NCBI GenBank assembly: GCA_046758705.1
Contig: JBHIAT010000041.1
Coordinates: 1 to 23,622 of the forward strand
DNA from: Candidatus Bipolaricaulia bacterium
Lineage (GTDB): Bacteria; Bipolaricaulota; Bipolaricaulia; JBHIAT01
DNA: 23,622 nt
Reading direction: 5' to 3'
This document shows, piece by piece, positions 1 through 10,468 of the stretch. The translations under genes were made by a program, and so were the position numbers. Position 1 is the first letter of the stretch; each line of letters starts with the position of its first letter. The notes under the pieces are model-generated. The model was not told the DNA's origin and made no database searches. It was given only the letters and a program-made list of their open reading frames with translations.

Positions 1-1
1 T

Positions 2-1363
2 AGCGATCATCAACAACTAGAGCAGCTCGTTATCAAAGCCAGACATCGCTACACCGAAGTTGGGGAATCATTAACTGAGAAGTTCCTGAAACATTATGCC
101 GATGAGAGATTTCGGCTAACCGGGATGCTTCACCAAACCGAGATCTTTGAGAAGAAGGTAAAACCTAGGATCGTCGAGGGGAAAACGGCGTACGTCTGGG
201 TCGATGCCCTGCGCTACGAAATGGCTCGCGAGCTGGCCGAAACCCTTGACGAAGAATTTGAAATGGAAATCCAGCCCGCTTTGGGGATGATTCCAACCAT
301 CACCCCCATTGGTATGGCGGCGCTTCTGCCCGGCGCACATGAATCGGCCGCAGTGGTTCCTGCGAATGGAAATAAGTTGGCACTCAAAATAGGTGACACG
401 GTGCTTAAGGACCGGAACGACCGGGTGAAGTTCCTCAAAGACAGTGTGGAAGTGAAAGTCTTTGCTACCAAACTTGAACGGTTAATTCCCCGCCCCAACA
501 AGAAAATACGGGAGAAAATTAGTGATGCGGATCTGATCCTGATCACATCGCAGGAAATCGATTTGCTGGCTGAGGAAGATAACGTGCCTCTCACTCGTCA
601 GATCATGGGCTCGGTCCTGCGGAATCTGCAACGCGCCTTCCGAAATCTTAGCGAATTGGGAGTGGAAACCATTGTCTTCACTGCAGATCATGGTTATCTG
701 TTGGGTGAAGAACTGAGCAGCGACATGAAGATCGACGCACCGGGTGGCGATACCGTGGATCTCCATCGGCGAATATGGGTGGGTCGTGGAGGGGCGGCTG
801 ATTCATCCTATCTTCGCGCCCAACTCTCCGATTTCGGCCTTAGCGAGGATCTAGAGATCGCCACACCCTGGAACTTTGCCTGTTTCAAGGTGAGAGGTGG
901 CTCGACCGCCTATTTTCATGGTGGGCTGTCACCTCAGGAACTGTTCATCCCAGTAGTCACCCTGAAACCAAAGAAGGCCGAACCAGTGGGTCTCACCGGT
1001 GAAATCGAATGGAAACTGATTCCAGGCAGCCAAAAAATCAGCACCCGTTTCTTCTCGATACAGGTCAAAGGCACCACCACTAGCTTATTGGAACTGGTGC
1101 CCCCGAAGGTGCGAATTGAGATACGAGTTCAGGGAAAGTCTATATCAAATCCGGTCAGTGCATCCTATGGCTTCGAAGAAGCGACCGGAGATGTGCAACT
1201 CAGGCTGGTTGAGGACAAGCCTGGTGAAATAGAACCGAATACGATCACGTTAATGATTACAGAAGAAACGGATCAAAAGACCGTGACGGGCTATCTGCTG
1301 GATGCTACCAGCGGAACTGAACTGGCTCGTTTGGAAAAAGTCGAGATGGCCATCTTCATCTGA
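2..1363 (+). CDS. pglZ: BREX PglZ-domain protein (alkaline phosphatase-like fold), 5' truncated by the window edge
   Basis: The frame is open from base 2 (SDHQQLEQLV...) through ATG 125 to the stop at 1363. Motifs VDALRYE, TADHG and YFHGGLSPQE are typical of PglZ. Immediately upstream of brxL. Confidence 0.9.
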   Translation, partial: SDHQQLEQLVIKARHRYTEVGESLTEKFLKHYADERFRLTGMLHQTEIFEKKVKPRIVEGKTAYVWVDALRYEMARELAETLDEEFEMEIQPALGMIPTITPIGMAALLPGAHESAAVVPANGNKLALKIGDTVLKDRNDRVKFLKDSVEVKVFATKLERLIPRPNKKIREKISDADLILITSQEIDLLAEEDNVPLTRQIMGSVLRNLQRAFRNLSELGVETIVFTADHGYLLGEELSSDMKIDAPGGDTVDLHRRIWVGRGGAADSSYLRAQLSDFGLSEDLEIATPWNFACFKVRGGSTAYFHGGLSPQELFIPVVTLKPKKAEPVGLTGEIEWKLIPGSQKISTRFFSIQVKGTTTSLLELVPPKVRIEIRVQGKSISNPVSASYGFEEATGDVQLRLVEDKPGEIEPNTITLMITEETDQKTVTGYLLDATSGTELARLEKVEMAIFI

Positions 1364-1381
1364 AAAAGAAAAGGATAGCAG

Positions 1382-3409
1382 ATGTCCAAACTGGACCGGA
1401 AAGCGACCTCAGTGTTTGCCGGTAAGGTCGTACGCAAGGACCTTGTCAGAAAAGTAAAGGTCGGAGCCAACGTCCCGGTCTTTGTCCTTGAGTACCTGCT
1501 CGGCAAATACTGCGCCACCAACGATCCCGTGGCGATTGATGCGGGTTTGAAAGTGGTCAATTCAACATTGGCCGAGAACTTTGTGCGCCCGGACGAAGCC
1601 AACAAGGTACAGTCCCTCGTCCGTGAGAAAGGAAAGCATACTCTCATTGATAAGGTGAAAGTACGCTATCTTTCTAATGATGACAAATACTGGGCTGAGT
1701 TCGTCAACTTCGGCCACAAATACGTTCATGTCCCGGAGCGTTACATCCGAGAATATGATCGACTCCTCATGGGTGGAATCTGGACCCAAGTTGACATCCA
1801 CCATCAATACGATGATACAGCGACTGGAAAACGGAGCCCGTTTTGGATCGTCGACATGCAACCCATCCAGCTTGGGTCTTTTGATCTCAAAGAATATGGA
1901 GATTGTCGTCAACAGTTCAGTACAGACGAGTGGATCGACCTCCTGGTTCGTAGTATTGGGTTAGAGCCCTTCAACTTTGACAAACGACTCAAGCTCCTGT
2001 TTTTGACGAGACTTATTCCACTATGCGAGCAGAACTTCAATCTTGTCGAGCTGGGTCCCAGAGGTACGGGAAAGTCGTTCGCGTATCAGGAGATATCACC
2101 CTATACCATACTCCTCACGGGACCAACCACAGTAGCAAATCTCTTTTACAACATGGCTACGGGAAGGATGGGTCTTGTTGGTCTATGGGATACTGTTGCC
2201 TTTGACGAGGTGGCCGACCTTCAGAAGATGCAGAAAGAGGTGATCACGACCCTAAAGACTTATTGCGAGTCGGGGAGATTCGCCAGGGGCAAGGAGGCCA
2301 TGTCTGGAAATGCCTCGATCGCTTTGTTTGGAAACACGAACCAGCCGGTCGAGGTCATGGTGCGCTCCTCTCATCTGTTCACACCTATGCCGGATGTGAT
2401 CCGAGAAGACATGGCCTTTCTAGACCGCATCCATTTCTATCTGCCTGGCTGGGAAGTGCCTAAGATGCGGATCGAGTTTTTCACGGACCATTACGGGTTC
2501 GTGGTGGACTATCTGGCCGAGGCCCTGCGGGAGTTGCGCCGCCACAACTTCACAGAGATGATCGACCACCACTTCTCCCTGGGATCGCACCTGAATGCCC
2601 GCGATGTGAAGGCGGTGCGCAAGACGGTGGCCGGTCTGATCAAGCTGATCTATCCCCACAGCGAAGTTTCCAAAGACGAGATGGCCGAAATTGTGGAGCT
2701 GGCCTTGGAGGGGCGTCGCCGAGTGAAAGAGCAACTGAAAAAGATGGGCTCCTTCGAATACCACCAGACGTCCTTTTCCTACGTCGACAGCGAAACCCGT
2801 GAAGAGCGCTACGTTGGGGTGCCGGAAGAAGGCGGACGGAATCTGATCTCTACCGACCCACTCGCACCCGGTTCGGTTTATACGGCTTCAGTAGATGACC
2901 AAGGCAAGGTGGGATTGTATCGTCTCGAAGTCGGGTGTTCACCCGGCACGGGCAAGCTGAAGGTGGCCGGTGGTATTGACAACATCATGAAGGAATCGAT
3001 CCAAAGAGCATTTGCTTACATCCAGGGCCATAAGGTGGACATGGGAATCGCTCAAACTCTTGATACAACGGACTTCCATGTTGAAGCCATTGATCTGTTA
3101 ACCAACCGTATCTCTTGCGATGCTGGCATTGCCCTAGTGGTGGCGATCTACTCTGCGATCAAGAAGCAAGCGGCACTGCCGGGACTGCTGGTCCTTGGTG
3201 ATCTTAGCATTCAGGGGAATATCAAGGCGGTCCGTTTTCTGGCTGAGCCGTTGCAAATGGGCATGGATAACGGGGCTCGGCGCGCTCTGATCCCGATCGA
3301 GAACAAGCGCCACTTCCTGGATGTGTCGGCGGACATCGTGGAACGGGTCGATCCGATCTTCTACAGCGATCCACTGATCGCAGCTATGAAGACATTAGGG
3401 ATGAACTGA
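1382..3409 (+). CDS. brxL: BREX BrxL (AAA+ ATPase with Lon-like C-terminal domain)
   Basis: N-terminal GKVVRKDL and VPVFVLEYLLGKYC; Walker A ELGPRGTGKS; Walker B VAFDEV; AFLDRIH; Lon-like C-terminal domain. Follows pglZ with an RBS-like AAGGA. Confidence 0.93.
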   Translation: MSKLDRKATSVFAGKVVRKDLVRKVKVGANVPVFVLEYLLGKYCATNDPVAIDAGLKVVNSTLAENFVRPDEANKVQSLVREKGKHTLIDKVKVRYLSNDDKYWAEFVNFGHKYVHVPERYIREYDRLLMGGIWTQVDIHHQYDDTATGKRSPFWIVDMQPIQLGSFDLKEYGDCRQQFSTDEWIDLLVRSIGLEPFNFDKRLKLLFLTRLIPLCEQNFNLVELGPRGTGKSFAYQEISPYTILLTGPTTVANLFYNMATGRMGLVGLWDTVAFDEVADLQKMQKEVITTLKTYCESGRFARGKEAMSGNASIALFGNTNQPVEVMVRSSHLFTPMPDVIREDMAFLDRIHFYLPGWEVPKMRIEFFTDHYGFVVDYLAEALRELRRHNFTEMIDHHFSLGSHLNARDVKAVRKTVAGLIKLIYPHSEVSKDEMAEIVELALEGRRRVKEQLKKMGSFEYHQTSFSYVDSETREERYVGVPEEGGRNLISTDPLAPGSVYTASVDDQGKVGLYRLEVGCSPGTGKLKVAGGIDNIMKESIQRAFAYIQGHKVDMGIAQTLDTTDFHVEAIDLLTNRISCDAGIALVVAIYSAIKKQAALPGLLVLGDLSIQGNIKAVRFLAEPLQMGMDNGARRALIPIENKRHFLDVSADIVERVDPIFYSDPLIAAMKTLGMN

Positions 3410-3428
3410 TGAAGATCGAGATCGATCA

Positions 3429-4892
3429 TCAATCCTCAAACGGGTATGTGAGGATCGGGTGGCGGGCAGCGCGCACCTCGTCAAGGCGACGCACCGGGGT
3501 GGTGTGTGGCGCCTGTTTTAACAGCTCCGGGTTTTCTTTGGCCTCCTGGGCAATTTCTTCCAACGCTTCAGCGAACGCGTCCAGCGTCTCTTTGCTCTCC
3601 GTCTCCGTTGGCTCGATCATCAGCGCCTCGGGCACGATCAGCGGGAAGTAGATCGTCGGCGAGTGAAACCCATAGTCGAGCAAGCGTTTGGCGATGTCGA
3701 TCGTGTGCACGTCCTCCCCCTGTCCGACCCCCGACAGGACAAACTCGTGCTTGTAGAGCCGATCGTAGGGCAACCGGTAGATGCGCTTCAACCGCTCTTT
3801 GAGGTAGTTGGCGTTCAGGACAGCATTCTCGCTCACCGCTCTCAAGCCCTCGTCCCCAAGCGCCCGAATGTAGGTGTAGGCGCGCACCAGCACCGCGAAG
3901 TTACCGTAGAAGTTGTGAAGCTTGCCGATCGACTCCGGCCGGTCGTAGTCCAATCGGTAGCGATTGCCGTCTTTCACGACGATCGGGACCGGCAAGAACG
4001 GCGCCAGCCGTTCCACGACGCCGACCGGGCCAGCCCCTGGCCCGCCGCCGCCGTGGGGCGTTGAGAACGTCTTGTGCAGATTGTAGTGGACGATGTCAGC
4101 CCCCATGTCCCCCGGCCGAGCCCGGCCCAGGAACGCATTGAGGTTTGCCCCATCGAAGTAACACAGGCCGCCGACCTCATGGACAATCCCGGTGATCTCC
4201 ACGATCTCGTCTTCGAAGATTCCCAAGGTGTTCGGGACGGTGAGCATGATCCCGGCCGTCGCTTCGTCGGCTGTCTGCTCGAGTACCTTCAGATCGACGG
4301 TCCCGCGCTCGTTCGACGGAATCTGGACCGTCTCAAATCCGGCCATCGTCACTGACGCTGGGTTCGTCCCGTGGGCCGAATCGGGGACCAAGATCTTATG
4401 ACGCTGATTCAGTTCTCCGCCTACCTCGAAGTACTTTTTGATGAGGGACATTCCGGTTAACTCACCGTGGGCACCGGCCGCCGGTTGAAGTGTGATCGCG
4501 TCCATCCCACCGATCCTCCTGAGCCGCTCCCCCAGCTCATACATCAGCCGCAGACTCCCTTGAGACAGCGCCCCTGGCATCAGTGGATGGGCGTCCCGCC
4601 AGCGCGGGTTGTTGGCCGTTTCCTCGTTCACCTTGGGGTTGTACTTCATGGTGCACGAGCCGAGCGGGTAGAATCCGGTGTCGATGCCGAAATTCTTTTG
4701 GGAGAGTCTGACATAGTGACGGACGACCTCCGGCTGGCTGACCTCCGGAAGCCGCGCCACTTCGGCCTCACTCCTGAGCAGCTCGGCCGGGATCAGTTTT
4801 TCAGCGGGCTGTTCCCTCACATCGAGCTTCGGTAGCGAAATACCCCGTCGCCCCGGCGCACCCCGGTCGAAGATCGTCTCCCCTTTTCCCAA
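3429..4892 (-). CDS. gcvPB: Glycine dehydrogenase (decarboxylating) subunit 2
   Basis: [30 protein letters not shown] and the PLP-lysine motif [19 protein letters not shown] start 3 nt after the gcvPA stop. Confidence 0.96.
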   Translation of the reverse strand: MGKGETIFDRGAPGRRGISLPKLDVREQPAEKLIPAELLRSEAEVARLPEVSQPEVVRHYVRLSQKNFGIDTGFYPLGSCTMKYNPKVNEETANNPRWRDAHPLMPGALSQGSLRLMYELGERLRRIGGMDAITLQPAAGAHGELTGMSLIKKYFEVGGELNQRHKILVPDSAHGTNPASVTMAGFETVQIPSNERGTVDLKVLEQTADEATAGIMLTVPNTLGIFEDEIVEITGIVHEVGGLCYFDGANLNAFLGRARPGDMGADIVHYNLHKTFSTPHGGGGPGAGPVGVVERLAPFLPVPIVVKDGNRYRLDYDRPESIGKLHNFYGNFAVLVRAYTYIRALGDEGLRAVSENAVLNANYLKERLKRIYRLPYDRLYKHEFVLSGVGQGEDVHTIDIAKRLLDYGFHSPTIYFPLIVPEALMIEPTETESKETLDAFAEALEEIAQEAKENPELLKQAPHTTPVRRLDEVRAARHPILTYPFED

Positions 4893-4895
4893 CGG

Positions 4896-6236
4896 TCACA
4901 CCTCGCTCAGCACAGCGACGAATCGATCGAGCTCCTCGATCGTTCGCTTCTCGGTCACGGCGATCAGCAATCCATCTTCCAGCGTATCGTAGTACCGTCC
5001 CAGTGGAAGTCCGCCCAGGATCCCGTGGACCTGGAGGGTTTCCAGCACCTCGTCCACGTCCACCGCACAGCGGACGGCAAACTCGTTGAAGAACGGCGCC
5101 TGGAAGTAAAGTGAAAACCCGTCCAGCGCTTCGATCCGGTTTGCCAGATCGTGGGCCTTATGGAGGTTGAGCCGGGCAAGCTGTTGAAAGCCCTGCTTGC
5201 CAAGCGTCGCCAGGTAGACAGTCGCAGCCAGCGCCACCAGCGCTTGGGAGGTGCAGATGTTCGAAGTCGCCCGCTCGCGTCGTATGTGTTGTTCCCGTGT
5301 CTGAAGGGCCATGACGTACCCCTCTTTTCCATCGGCGTCAACCGTCCGACCGGCAATCCGTCCGGGGAGCTGACGCATGAACGCCTTCTGGGTCGCGAAC
5401 AGTCCCACCAACGGGCCACCGTAGTTCAACGGGTTTCCCAGCATCTGACCCTCCCCGACGACGATGTCGGCTCCGTAGGCCCCGGGCGGTTTTAGCATCC
5501 CCAGGGAGATCGGATGGGCACTCACCACCAACAATGCATCCTCTAACAGCTTCTTGAGCCCTAAGAGATCCTCGACCACGCCGAAGAAGTTGGGGTTCTG
5601 AATCAGAACCCCGGAGGCCTGGGGCCCGTGCCGCGCGATGAACTCCCTGTCGAGCCTTCCCGCCTCGTCGAACGGAATTTCAGCGATCTCAATCCCGGCG
5701 GCCCAGGCGTAGGTGTCTACCACCCGACGATAAAGTGGGTGAACCGACGCGCCGACCAGCACAGCGCCTGCCCCCCGGATTCGCTCGGCCATCAGCATCG
5801 CCTCCGCCAGCGCTGAACCCCCGTCGTACATTGAGCTGTTGGCGATCTCCATGCCGGTCAGCTCGGCGACCATCGTCTGGTATTCGAACATCCAGGTGAG
5901 TGTCCCTTGGCTCGCCTCCGGCTGATAGGGAGTATAGGCGGTGGAGAACTCGGAGCGTGAGATGATCTGACCGACGACGCTGGGGATGAAGTGATCGTAG
6001 ACGCCGCCGCCGAGGAATGAGATGTAGTCTCTGGGATCCAGGTTTCCCTCAGCGATCGTGGCCATCTCCTGGATCAACTCCGGCTCGCTCAACGGTTCCA
6101 ACCCCAGCGGCTCGTAATTATCGCGTACCGGCTGAGGAATATTCTCGAACAGTGCGTCGACCGAGTTGATCCCGAGGGCGGCCAGCATCTCGCGTCGGTC
6201 CTCATCGGTGTTGGGAATGAACGGATGGGCACTCAT
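4896..6236 (-). CDS. gcvPA: Glycine dehydrogenase (decarboxylating) subunit 1
   Basis: FLGGGVYDH, AYTPYQPEASQG, NSSMYDG, LQTREQHIRRERATSNICT. Confidence 0.96.
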   Translation of the reverse strand: MSAHPFIPNTDEDRREMLAALGINSVDALFENIPQPVRDNYEPLGLEPLSEPELIQEMATIAEGNLDPRDYISFLGGGVYDHFIPSVVGQIISRSEFSTAYTPYQPEASQGTLTWMFEYQTMVAELTGMEIANSSMYDGGSALAEAMLMAERIRGAGAVLVGASVHPLYRRVVDTYAWAAGIEIAEIPFDEAGRLDREFIARHGPQASGVLIQNPNFFGVVEDLLGLKKLLEDALLVVSAHPISLGMLKPPGAYGADIVVGEGQMLGNPLNYGGPLVGLFATQKAFMRQLPGRIAGRTVDADGKEGYVMALQTREQHIRRERATSNICTSQALVALAATVYLATLGKQGFQQLARLNLHKAHDLANRIEALDGFSLYFQAPFFNEFAVRCAVDVDEVLETLQVHGILGGLPLGRYYDTLEDGLLIAVTEKRTIEELDRFVAVLSEV

Positions 6237-6245
6237 GATCTCCAG

Positions 6246-6632
6246 CTACTCCAGGCTTGCGACGAACGCCTCATACGCGTCGGCGTCCATCAACGCGTCC
6301 AACTCGCTCACATCTTGGGGTGCGATGATGGCCATCCAACCTTGTTCGTAGGGCGACTCGTTAATCAGTTCTGGGGCGTCCTCCAGCGCCTCGTTGATCT
6401 CGACGACGGTCCCGCTCGCCGGGGCATAGACGTCGGAGACCGTTTTGACCGACTCGACCACGATGAAACTTTTACCCTGCTGGACTTCGGTGCCCACCTG
6501 AGGAAATTCAATGTAGACGACATCGCCGAGCTGATCCTGGGCGTAGTCGGTGATCCCGACCCGCACCTTTCCGTCCTCCAGCCTCACCCACTCGTGCTCG
6601 TCGGAGTACTTCAGATCTTTGGGATACAGCAT
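6246..6632 (-). CDS. gcvH: Glycine cleavage system H protein
   Basis: YSDEHEW, GITDYAQDQLGDVVY and the lipoyl-lysine motif VESVKTVSD. Confidence 0.97.
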   Translation of the reverse strand: MLYPKDLKYSDEHEWVRLEDGKVRVGITDYAQDQLGDVVYIEFPQVGTEVQQGKSFIVVESVKTVSDVYAPASGTVVEINEALEDAPELINESPYEQGWMAIIAPQDVSELDALMDADAYEAFVASLE

Positions 6633-6681
6633 GATTGCCCCCTATCTTAGCGACTCATCCCACCGGCCCTCTCCTGCTCTC

Positions 6682-8121
6682 TTAGCGGGCCGGTTTCGGC
6701 TCGACCGGGCGGCTGGCGGCCCGCGACCGGGCCATCGCCATCAGCGTCTCGACGAACGCCTCCTCGATCTTCCGCAGATCGGCCAAGGTGAGCGGGGCGG
6801 CGTCGAGTTGGCTGTCGTGGAATCGACCGTAGATGATCTCGTGGACCATGTCCTCGATCTGGGAGGTGCTGTGGTGTTCCATACTGCGGAACGCTGCCTC
6901 CACCCCGTCGGCCAACAACAGGATCGCCGTCTCCTTGGTGTCCGGCAGTGAGAGATCATAACGGAACTCGTCCTCGGAGATCTCTCGCTCCCCTTCCTTG
7001 CGGTCCTCCCGGAGTGCCTTCAGAAAGAAGTAGCGGATCAACGTGGTGCCGTGATGCTTGACGATGAACTGGAGGATATCCTCCCGGAGCCCATACTCCC
7101 GGCCCAGCGTGACCCCATCCCTCACATGGGAGGTGAGGATCACCTTGCTCATATTGGAGGTGAGCTCGTCGTGAGGGTTCTCGCCGCTCTCCTGGTTCTC
7201 GATGAAGAACTCCGGTCGCTCGAGCTTGCCGATGTCGTGGTAGTAGCCACCGACTCGGGTGAGCAACGGGTCGGCCCCAATCGCCCGTGCGGCAGCCTCA
7301 CCGAGGTTACCGAGGGCGACGCTGTGTTGGTACGTGCCGGGCGCCTCGTTCCGTAATCGCTCGAGCAACGGATGGGCTGGGTTGAGGTACTCCATCAACC
7401 CGAGCGGGCTTGTCTTCCGGGTCAGGTACTCGGCGAACGGCATCCCAGCCGTGACGATCAGCATACTGATCGGACCGTTGATCGCTGCCCATCCCAGCAC
7501 CCACCATTGGTCAATGTCCACCCCGTTGAACGGAATCTTAGCGATCTCAATCCCGGCGGCCATGAACAGGCTGACGATCCCGATATTGATCCCGGCAATC
7601 GCCAGGTCCCATTGTCTGCGGATGTTCCTCACGCTGAACAGCGCGGCCATCCCGCCCCCGAACGCCACCAGGGCGTCCCCCAGAGAGGGTCGAACGCCCA
7701 AACCAACCAGCACAGTGACCAGCACGACCGACACCAACCCGACCTCCGTGTCGAGGAAGATGACCAACAGCGCCACCCCAAGGCCGACGGGCACCAGATA
7801 CGGGGAGACGAGTGTCGCCGCTTTATCAGTCACAGCAATGATCAGCACGACGGACGCGATGAACAGCGAGAACCGCCCCCGTCTGATCAGCCTCCGTTTC
7901 CGAATCCACAGGTAGAGGCTAAGCAACAGCAGGGAGAGGGTGATGATCAGCCCGTTGCTCAGGATCACCTCCCAGGGATAGAAGTCCACGAACAGTCGGT
8001 TGAAGAGATCGAAATCCAGATCAAATGAGTAAAGGCCGATCGTCAGGAGGATCAGCAGGATGAAGCCACCGATCCATCGGATCGTGAGGCTTGTGTCCAC
8101 GTCATTTTTTCTTCTTGGCAT
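6682..8121 (-). CDS. Membrane-bound HDIG/7TM-HD phosphohydrolase (PgpH-like, possible c-di-AMP phosphodiesterase)
   Basis: Several hydrophobic segments, then APGTYQHS, YYHDIGK, FFIENQ, HHGT and LLLAD. Downstream of phoH, the usual context for this family. Confidence 0.85.
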   Translation of the reverse strand: MPRRKNDVDTSLTIRWIGGFILLILLTIGLYSFDLDFDLFNRLFVDFYPWEVILSNGLIITLSLLLLSLYLWIRKRRLIRRGRFSLFIASVVLIIAVTDKAATLVSPYLVPVGLGVALLVIFLDTEVGLVSVVLVTVLVGLGVRPSLGDALVAFGGGMAALFSVRNIRRQWDLAIAGINIGIVSLFMAAGIEIAKIPFNGVDIDQWWVLGWAAINGPISMLIVTAGMPFAEYLTRKTSPLGLMEYLNPAHPLLERLRNEAPGTYQHSVALGNLGEAAARAIGADPLLTRVGGYYHDIGKLERPEFFIENQESGENPHDELTSNMSKVILTSHVRDGVTLGREYGLREDILQFIVKHHGTTLIRYFFLKALREDRKEGEREISEDEFRYDLSLPDTKETAILLLADGVEAAFRSMEHHSTSQIEDMVHEIIYGRFHDSQLDAAPLTLADLRKIEEAFVETLMAMARSRAASRPVEPKPAR

Positions 8122-9091
8122 CGTAAGTCTGATAGGCCCCGATGATCTGTTTGACCAGTTGGTGGCGGACGACGTCCTGCTCCTGCAGGTAGATGAACGC
8201 GATCCCCTCGATCCCGTTAAGAACGTGGCGGACCTGATCCAGGCCCGATGCTTGCTTCAGGTCGATCTGCGTGATATCTCCGGTGACCACCACCTTAGAG
8301 TTGAACCCCAGGCGGGTCAGGAACATCTTCATCTGGTTCGGGGTCACGTTCTGTGCTTCATCGAGGATGACGAACGAGTCGTTGAACGTCCGCCCCCGCA
8401 TGTAGGCCAACGGTGCGATCTCGATCCGCCCGTCTTCCCTGAGTTGTTTGAACTCCTCCCATGGGATCATGTCATAGATGGCATCGTAGAGCGGCCGCAG
8501 GTACGGGCTGACCTTCGCCTGGATATCCCCGGGCAGAAACCCCAGCTCCTCCCCGGCAACCACTGCCGGGCGGGTCAGGACGATCCGCTTCACCTTCCCT
8601 TGTTGCAGGGATTTGATCGCTAGAGCGACTGCTAGGTACGTCTTCCCCGTCCCTGCCGGCCCGATGGCGAACGTGACGTCGTTGGCCACCACCGCCTCCA
8701 CATACCGTCCTTGGCCGACGGTCTTCGGGCGGATCTCCTCCCCCCAGTGGGTCACCTGGATGACATCGGAGAGAACCTCCTTGACATCCTGGTTCTCCTT
8801 CACCCGTCCGACCAGATACCGGACCTCCTCCAAGTCCGGTACGTGGTTATCATCGATCAGTTCGAGGAGTTTGTCGAACAGGATTCGGACCCGTTCCACC
8901 TCGCGCTCCTCCCCGATCAGTTTCACCTGATCCCCCCGAGCGATGATCTGGACGTCAAAGTGGTCACGAACGTAGTTTAAGTTCCGGTTGAATTGGCCGA
9001 GCAGGGCGGTTGCCTGGTGGTTGTCCTTGAGTATGATCTCGTGGTAGACGGTGTCCTTCATCTCTTCAAGATCTTCGACATGCTTTTCCAT
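8102..9091 (-). CDS. phoH: PhoH family ATPase (YbeZ/PhoH-like with N-terminal KH-like region)
   Basis: GPAGTGKTYLA, LTRPAVVAGEELGFLPG, PLAYMRGRT, ILDEAQN, TGDITQIDL. Confidence 0.95.
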   Translation of the reverse strand: MEKHVEDLEEMKDTVYHEIILKDNHQATALLGQFNRNLNYVRDHFDVQIIARGDQVKLIGEEREVERVRILFDKLLELIDDNHVPDLEEVRYLVGRVKENQDVKEVLSDVIQVTHWGEEIRPKTVGQGRYVEAVVANDVTFAIGPAGTGKTYLAVALAIKSLQQGKVKRIVLTRPAVVAGEELGFLPGDIQAKVSPYLRPLYDAIYDMIPWEEFKQLREDGRIEIAPLAYMRGRTFNDSFVILDEAQNVTPNQMKMFLTRLGFNSKVVVTGDITQIDLKQASGLDQVRHVLNGIEGIAFIYLQEQDVVRHQLVKQIIGAYQTYDAKKKK

Positions 9092-9131
9092 CTACATCTG
9101 ACTGATATGTTAACGACTCACCGGGGGTTTG

Positions 9132-10307
9132 TCAATCGACCGGTCTTTGGGCTTCAGGCCTGTTGACACCGAGCTTTAAGATGTATCCGACCTCCCGGGC
9201 TGCCATTCTCAGGAACGTCTCCGCCTCGGCCATCGCCTCCACCACCCCCATCGGCCGGGGGATGATGTCGATGATCGCAGTCACCCCCAGCTGGTAGAGC
9301 TCGTCGAGTTCCCCGTCTCGGGCGCCGGCGAGCACGATGAGCGGTTTCCCATGTCGTTTGGCGAGCCGAGCCACCCCGGCGACCACCTTCCCATAAGCGG
9401 TCTGAGCGTCCACCCTCCCCTCTCCACTGATCACCAGGTCGCAACCATCGAGCTGCGACTCGAAGTCGAGTTCCTCCAGGAACAGTTCGATCCCGGGGCG
9501 CAGTTCGGCGTTGAGGAATGCCATCAGGCCGAACCCTAACCCGCCAGCAGCGCCTGCTCCGGGTCGATCCCGGACCGAGATGCCGACCGCCGCCTCGACC
9601 CGATCGGCGAAATGCCCCAGATTGCGTTTCAACCGCTCGACCATCTCCGGTGTGGCTCCCTTCTGAGGCATATAGACGGCCACACCCGCGTCCCCGTCCA
9701 GCGGGTTGGTCACATCGCTCGCCACCAAGAATTCGGTCCCGTGAACCCGAGAGTCGAGCTCGGAGATGTCGATCTCAGCAACCTGGTCCAGTACGCCTCC
9801 GCCGTAGCCGACCTCCTCGCCCGTCTCACCCACCAGCCGGACACCGAGCGCCTGGGCCATCCCCGCTCCGCCGTCGACGGTCGCGCTGCCCCCGATGCCG
9901 ATCAGGATCCGTTGGGCTCCTCGCTCCAGCGCCGCTCGGATCAGCTCCCCCGTCCCGTAGGTCGTCGCTCGGAGTGGATCGCGCTCATCCCGCTCCACCA
10001 GATGGAGTCCGGAGGCTTCGGCCATCTCCACCACCGCTGTCTCATTGTCGAGACGCCCCCAGCGCGCCTCGACCGGCCGGCCGAGCGGATCGGTCACCCG
10101 CTCGCGGATCAACTGTCCCCGCTTCACCGTCGTCAGGATCTCCGCCGTCCCCTCCCCTCCGTCAGCCAGCGGCAGTTCGCTCGTGGTCGCCCCGAGAACA
10201 GATTCCAGTTCACGAGCGATAATGCGCGCCACTCGATCCGCCCGCAGGCTCCCTTTGAAGGAATCTGGAGCGATCAGCACCCTCATCCCCTGATCCTGAT
10301 TCGCCAT
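9132..10307 (-). CDS. glxK: Glycerate kinase (GlxK/GarK family)
   Basis: IAPDSFKGSL, PLADGGEGT, GIGGSATVDGG, GAGAAGGLG, GEGRVDAQT. Confidence 0.93.
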   Translation of the reverse strand: MANQDQGMRVLIAPDSFKGSLRADRVARIIARELESVLGATTSELPLADGGEGTAEILTTVKRGQLIRERVTDPLGRPVEARWGRLDNETAVVEMAEASGLHLVERDERDPLRATTYGTGELIRAALERGAQRILIGIGGSATVDGGAGMAQALGVRLVGETGEEVGYGGGVLDQVAEIDISELDSRVHGTEFLVASDVTNPLDGDAGVAVYMPQKGATPEMVERLKRNLGHFADRVEAAVGISVRDRPGAGAAGGLGFGLMAFLNAELRPGIELFLEELDFESQLDGCDLVISGEGRVDAQTAYGKVVAGVARLAKRHGKPLIVLAGARDGELDELYQLGVTAIIDIIPRPMGVVEAMAEAETFLRMAAREVGYILKLGVNRPEAQRPVD

Positions 10308-10411
10308 CGGTTGCGGCCCCCCTCGGTTGAGTTCGGACTTTGCTTCCTATTTTACACCATACCCTAACTATACCCAAAACACGGTGGAGACGGGAACAGA
10401 AAGCTCAAATC

Positions 10412-10440
10412 TTGAATCTTGATGCATCATCCGTTATACT
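10412..10440 (+). promoter_or_regulatory. Putative sigma70 promoter of the rpmF-plsX-fab operon
   Basis: TTGAAT (10412-10417), 17-bp spacer, TATACT (10435-10440), 28 nt before the rpmF ATG. Confidence 0.6.
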
Positions 10441-10468
10441 GTTTCAATCAGGGGATCGGGTGAGAGCA

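Noticed and set aside
3407-3431. TGATGA...TCATCA inverted repeat as an att site or terminator
   Set aside because: Explained by tandem stop codons of two convergent genes; only 6 bp and no U-tract.
7051-10367. Several long plus-strand ORFs (187-251 aa)
   Set aside because: Shadow ORFs opposite the HD protein, phoH and glycerate kinase, which have clear family motifs.
10340-10468. N-terminal extension of L32 in the ORF track
   Set aside because: It overlaps the predicted promoter, and the L32 family sequence starts at MAVPK (10469).
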